The notes below the pieces were generated by a model, which searched no databases, was not told the DNA's origin, and was given only the letters and a program-made list of their open reading frames with translations. DNA of 64,000 bases, taken from positions 640,001-704,000 of the forward strand of contig CAWBAN010000001.1 of the NCBI GenBank assembly GCA_963786935.1, read 5' to 3'. Source of the stretch: an uncultured bacterium (GTDB lineage: Bacteria > Krumholzibacteriota > Krumholzibacteriia > Krumholzibacteriales > Krumholzibacteriaceae). Below, one piece after another: positions 59,534 through 64,000 of the stretch. How positions within the stretch are numbered: position 1 is the first letter of the stretch; the number at the start of each line of letters is the position of its first letter. A program made the translations under genes and the position numbers.

Positions 59534-60817
59534 AGGCTCGTTCGCCTACGAAGGCACGGGGCTCCACACGGGGAAAGCGGTGCGGACGGTGTTCCATCCG
59601 GCGCCCGCCTTCACCGGCATCCGATTCCGCCGGATCGATCTCTCGCCGCCGGTCGAGATTCCCACCCACGTCGATTTCGTCAGCGAGGGGGAGATCCGCC
59701 GGAACACGACGCTCGTGAACGACGGCGTTCTCGTCCACACGGTCGAGCATATCCTCGCGGCCGCTTCCGGGCTCCAGATCGACAACATGATCATCGATAT
59801 CGATTCGGACGAGCCGCCCGAGCCGCGCGACGGCAGCTGCGCGCCGTTGGTTGAGGCGCTTCAGAAGGCCGGCATCGAGAATCAAGGCATTCCGGGCCGC
59901 TTTCTCAAGATCACCCGGCCCATCTCCCTGGGGGGGACGGCGTGGAGCTCTACGCCCTCCCGTACGACGGATTCAAGGTAAGCTTCACGATCGATTACCG
60001 CAATCCGCATATCGGAATCCAGTACGCGTCCTTCGATATTTCCCCCGAGCTCTTCGTGCGGGAGATCGCCCCCGCCCGCACCTTCGTCCTCTGGTCGGAC
60101 GTCGAACTTCTCAAGGCGCAGGGGCTCATCAAGGGGGGCAGCCTCGACAACGCGATCGCGGTCGACGCCGACGGCATCGTCAACAAGGTTCCGCTCCGTT
60201 TTCCGAACGAGTTCGTCCGCCACAAGGTTCTCGATCTCATCGGGGATCTCTCGCTCGCCGGCGCGCCGATCGAGGGGCACGTCATCGCGATCCGCTCCGG
60301 GCACCGGCAGAACCTCGCGTTCGCGAAGCTCCTCGCGCAGGAGTTCAAGAATCAGCAGAAAGACGCCGTGGCCGCCGAGCATGGCTTCTGGGATATCAAC
60401 GTCATTCAAAAGATCATGCCGCACCGCTATCCCTTCCTCCTCGTCGACCGGATCCTCAAGCTCGAGGACAAGAAACGCGTCGTCGGGATCAAGAACGTCA
60501 CCATCAACGAGCCGTTCTTCGTCGGGCATTTCCCCGGGCATCCGATCATGCCCGCCGTTCTCATCATCGAGGCGATGGCGCAGGTCGGAGGCATTTTGCT
60601 TCTCTCGAGCGTCGATACGCCCGAGAAGTATCTCGTCTATTTCGTCAGCATCGATAAAGCGAAATTCCGCAGGCCCGTCGTTCCCGGCGACCAGATCCGT
60701 TTCGAGCTCGAGATGGTTTCGCTCCGCAAGCGATTCTGCAAGATGAGGGGCGTGGCGTACGTGGACGGCCAGATTGTCGCGGAAGCGGAGCTTCTTTCAT
60801 CGATCGTCGACCGGTAA
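59508..60817 (+). CDS. lpxC: Bifunctional LpxC/FabZ fusion, frameshifted at a G7 run 59930-59936
   Basis: GTGLHTG, TVEHILAA; next frame IAPARTF, RHKVLDLIGD, then FabZ PHRYPFLLVD and GHFPGHPIMP. Confidence 0.93.
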
Positions 60818-60827
60818 CGGAGCAGCC

Positions 60828-61604
60828 ATGCCGCGAGACATCCATCCGACCGCAATCGTTCATCCCAAGGCGGAGCTTGCCCCCGACGTGGCCATCGGCC
60901 CCTATTCGATCGTGGGCGAAAAGGTGACGATCGGGGACGGCTGCCGGATCGGAAGCTCCGTGCTCATCGACGGAGAGACGACGCTCGGGAAGAACAACCG
61001 GATCTTTCACGGAGCCGCCGTCGGCAACGAGTGTCAGGATCTCAAGTACCGAGGCGAGCGGACCTTCGTGCGGATCGGCGACGGCAATACGATCCGCGAG
61101 TTCGCGACGATCAACAGCGCGACGGGCGAAGGGGAGAGCACGGTGGTCGGCAGCGGCACGCTCATCATGGCATACGTTCATCTCGCCCATAATTGCGTCA
61201 TCGGGGATAACGTCATTCTCGCGAACGCGGTGAACCTCGCCGGGCACGTGCGCGTCCACGATTTCGCCTCGATCGGCGGGCTCACGCCGGTCCACCAGTT
61301 CGTCGAGATCGGCAGCCACGCGTTTATCGGCGGCGGGAGCAGAATCCCGCAGGACGTGCCGCCGTTTCTGAAGGTCGCGGGGAATCCGACGCGCGTCTGG
61401 GGTCTCAACAATGTCGGTCTCGCGAGACGCGGCTACACCGCCGAGCAACGGGCGGTTCTCAAGCGGGCGTACGTGATCCTGTACCGGAGCGGGCTCAACG
61501 TCACGCAGGCGCTCGAGCGGATCGACGCCGATCTTCCCCGCACGGACGAGATTGCGATGTTCGTCGATTTCATCCGCGCCTCCAAGCGGGGAATCATCAA
61601 GTAA
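60828..61604 (+). CDS. lpxA: Acyl-ACP--UDP-N-acetylglucosamine acyltransferase
   Basis: IHPTAIV, QDLKY, HLAHNC, LAGHV, HQF. Confidence 0.96.
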   Translation: MPRDIHPTAIVHPKAELAPDVAIGPYSIVGEKVTIGDGCRIGSSVLIDGETTLGKNNRIFHGAAVGNECQDLKYRGERTFVRIGDGNTIREFATINSATGEGESTVVGSGTLIMAYVHLAHNCVIGDNVILANAVNLAGHVRVHDFASIGGLTPVHQFVEIGSHAFIGGGSRIPQDVPPFLKVAGNPTRVWGLNNVGLARRGYTAEQRAVLKRAYVILYRSGLNVTQALERIDADLPRTDEIAMFVDFIRASKRGIIK

Positions 61605-61637
61605 CAGCGTTCAATCGAAGCGGGAGCGGGAGGTTCC

Positions 61638-62618
61638 GTGGAAGAGAAACGCCGCAGGATCAGGGTGGGAGTCATCGGCACGGGGCGTCTCGGCCGGGAG
61701 CACGCGCGCGTCTACGCGTCGCTCGACGGCGTCGAGCGCGTGCTCGTCTACGATCGCGATCAGGCGCGGGCCGAGGACGTGGCGCGGGAGCGCGGCGCGA
61801 AGCCCTGCGCATCCATCGAGACGCTTCTCGACGGCTGCGAGGCGGTGAGCGTTTGCACGCCCGCCACGCACCATCACGCCGCGGCCGCGGCGGCGTTCGA
61901 GCGGGGCGTGCACGTCCTCGTCGAGAAACCGATCGCCTCGGACACGGCGGCGGCGCGGGACATGATCGCGCGCGCCTCGGCGCGCGGCTGCGTCTTTCAG
62001 GTGGGGCATATCGAGCGCTTCAACGGGGCGTTCGAGGCCGCGCGCGCGCTCATCAAGCGGCCCCGTTTCATCGAAGCGCATCGTCTCGGAGTATTCAGCC
62101 CGCGCGGCATCGACGTATCGGTCGTGCAGGATCTCATGATCCATGACATCGATCTCGTCCTGTCGGTGCTGCCCGGCGACCGGCTCGTCGATATCAGGGT
62201 CTCGGGCGCGAGCGTTCTCACCGGCGCGCCCGATATCGTGAACGCGCGCCTCGAGTTCGCCGGCGGATGCGTGGCGAACATCACGGCGAGCCGGATTTCG
62301 CGGGAACCGCTCCGGAAGATCCGCTTCTTCGAGGAGAACCGCTACGTGTCCGTCGATCTGCGCGAGAAGACCGTCGAGGCCTTCGAGAAGCGCGGAGACG
62401 CCGATCCCGCGGCGCGGGATTTCGATCCGGCGAAGATCATCCGCGGCATCCCGGTCGACGTCGACGCATCGGAGCCGCTTCGCAAGGAAATCGTTTCGTT
62501 CCTGGCGGCGGTGCGAGGGGAGGGCGGACCCGCCGTCACGGCAGAGGAAGGGCTCGCGGCGCTCGGCGTCGCGGAACGCATGCTCGAGAGCATTTCGAAA
62601 ACCTGGAGCGCGCGTTGA
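61638..62618 (+). CDS. Gfo/Idh/MocA oxidoreductase, GnnA-like
   Basis: GTGRLG, HVLVEKPI, QVGHIERFN, DLMIHDID, ANITASRIS; located between lpxA and lpxB. Confidence 0.88.
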   Translation: MEEKRRRIRVGVIGTGRLGREHARVYASLDGVERVLVYDRDQARAEDVARERGAKPCASIETLLDGCEAVSVCTPATHHHAAAAAAFERGVHVLVEKPIASDTAAARDMIARASARGCVFQVGHIERFNGAFEAARALIKRPRFIEAHRLGVFSPRGIDVSVVQDLMIHDIDLVLSVLPGDRLVDIRVSGASVLTGAPDIVNARLEFAGGCVANITASRISREPLRKIRFFEENRYVSVDLREKTVEAFEKRGDADPAARDFDPAKIIRGIPVDVDASEPLRKEIVSFLAAVRGEGGPAVTAEEGLAALGVAERMLESISKTWSAR

Positions 62619-63769
62619 TGCGCACCATCCTCCTCACCTGCGGCGAGACGAGCGGCGAGCAGCATGCGGCCCGCCTCGTCGGGGCGATCAAGGCGATCGA
62701 TCCCTCGTGCCGCGTGCTCGCGCTCGGCGGCGACGCCCTCGCCGCGGCGGGAGCGGAGATCGTTCACCCCCTCGCGCGGTACGCCGTCATGGGCTTCGCG
62801 GAAGTCGTCGCGAAACTCCCGCGCATCGTCGCGCTCGAGCGGTCGCTCGGCTCGACGCTCTCGAAGGGCGGCGTCGACCTCTTCATCCCCGTCGATTATC
62901 CCGGGCTCAATCTGCGCCTCGCGAAACGGGCGAAAGCGGCCGGTGTGCCCGTGCTCTATTTCATCGGTCCGCAGGTGTGGGCGTGGGGCGGGTGGCGCCT
63001 GAAGCGAATCAAACGATCCGTCGATATAATGGCGGTGATTCTGCCGTTCGAAGTCGATCTGTACCGCGCCGCCGGGATCCCGGTCGTCTTCGCCGGCCAT
63101 CCCCTCCTCGACGTCGTCAATACGCCCGATCGTCCCAAGGAAGCGCCCGAGGCGGGGACGCCGTTCACCGTCGTTCTGTTTCCCGGCTCGAGACGCCAGG
63201 TCTTCGAGCGAATGCTGCCCGTATTTCTCGGAGCCGCGCGCCGGATCAGGGAACGGTTCGGGAGCGCCGAATTCGTCATCGGGCTCGCGCCCCTCATCGA
63301 CGACCGGGCCGCTTCCGTCCCGGCCGACATGCGAGAGTACTGCCGGGCGTCGAGACACGGTATCGAGGAGCTCGACCGCGCGTCGCTGGCGCTCGCCGCC
63401 TCGGGCACCGTGACGCTGCAGTGCGCGCTGTCGGGAACGCCGGCGGTGGTGTCGTACCGCACCTCCGGCGTCTCGTACGCGATCGGCAAGGCGCTCGTGC
63501 GGATTCCGCACATCGCCATGCCGAACGTGCTGGCCGGGCGCGCGCTGCTTCCCGAGCTGATCCAGGGGGCCGCCACGCCGGAGCGGATCGCGGAAGCGGC
63601 GATGTCGCTGCTCGGCGATCCCGCGCGGTACCACGGCGTATCCGCGGATCTCATTTCGCTGCGGCGGACGCTCGGCGAGCGGGGAGGAATCGGACGGATC
63701 GCGGAGCTGGCCCTGAGAATGGCGGCGGGGGATCGCCCGGCGGCGCCGGCCGGCGGGTGCGGCCGGTAG
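62618..63769 (+). CDS. lpxB: Lipid-A-disaccharide synthase
   Basis: GETSGE, VMGFAEV, DYPGLN, PQVWAW, LPFE, GHPL, PGSR, SGTVTL. Confidence 0.95.
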   Translation: MRTILLTCGETSGEQHAARLVGAIKAIDPSCRVLALGGDALAAAGAEIVHPLARYAVMGFAEVVAKLPRIVALERSLGSTLSKGGVDLFIPVDYPGLNLRLAKRAKAAGVPVLYFIGPQVWAWGGWRLKRIKRSVDIMAVILPFEVDLYRAAGIPVVFAGHPLLDVVNTPDRPKEAPEAGTPFTVVLFPGSRRQVFERMLPVFLGAARRIRERFGSAEFVIGLAPLIDDRAASVPADMREYCRASRHGIEELDRASLALAASGTVTLQCALSGTPAVVSYRTSGVSYAIGKALVRIPHIAMPNVLAGRALLPELIQGAATPERIAEAAMSLLGDPARYHGVSADLISLRRTLGERGGIGRIAELALRMAAGDRPAAPAGGCGR

Positions 63770-63806
63770 CGGCCGCGCGCGTCTCCCCCGAAGCGCAGGA
63801 GAACGT

Positions 63807-64000
63807 ATGAGAATACGCGTCAATCCCGTCATTGCGAGCTACATCGGGTCGCTCGCCGTCCGCTTCCTCGCGATCACGTGGCGGATCGAGGTGCGGAATC
63901 CCGAATATCTGCAACAGGCGCGCGCTCTCTCGAAACGGGGAGTCGTTTCGTTCCTGCACGGCCGCCTCATTCCCATCGCCTACGCGTTGGGCTCGTGGGG
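63807..64000 (+). CDS. DUF374/LpxJ-like acyltransferase, 3' truncated by window edge
   Basis: MRIRVNPVIASYIGSLAVRFLAITWRIEV...SFLHGRL resembles the DUF374 N-terminus; follows lpxB. Confidence 0.6.
   Translation, partial: MRIRVNPVIASYIGSLAVRFLAITWRIEVRNPEYLQQARALSKRGVVSFLHGRLIPIAYALGSW

Noticed and set aside
59508..60817. LpxC-FabZ fusion as a novelty
   Set aside because: Well-known fusion in Bacteroidota and related lineages; useful only as a taxonomic hint
1..64000. CRISPR array, tRNA/rRNA, riboswitch, IS, integron or prophage
   Set aside because: Intergenic gaps are short (under about 230 bp); by eye I saw no spaced repeats, cloverleafs, transposases or integrases. A covariance-model scan was not possible

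Overview
GC-rich chromosomal backbone of a diderm (LPS-producing) bacterium, almost entirely + strand. The lpxC-fabZ fusion, a DUF4837-like gene and the lolCE-lolD-mcsA-mcsB-clpC-bamA-skp-lpxD order suggest an FCB-associated or candidate-phylum lineage; this is inference only. The window holds obgE, a mixed block (serpin, ABC-2 exporter, nitroreductase, radical SAM, nucleotide-sugar dehydrogenase, cupin, dprA), lpxL, rfaE1/2, a COG2403 P-loop enzyme, sucCD-ndk, yceD-rpmF-plsX-fab-acpP-rnc, an ECF sigma/anti-sigma pair, efp, pilT, comB, thiE, ftsK, rimO, bamD, nadD, polA, coaE, prfB (programmed +1 frameshift), lysS, lol, mcsAB-clpC, bamA and a lipid A cluster. I saw no tRNA, rRNA, CRISPR array, prophage or IS element. 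Eight non-programmed frameshifts look mostly like sequencing error: four one-G-short G-runs, and four single-base insertions in one gene. I found no convincing new multi-gene system. The best leads are a non-canonical EF-P loop, a possible arginine synthetase (ArcE-like) next to sucCD-ndk, a histone-like tail on SucD, a secreted serpin beside a menG/ubiE relic, a possibly leaderless autoregulated ECF sigma, and a gnnA-like gene in the lipid A operon. All family calls come from motif recognition by eye, not database searches.
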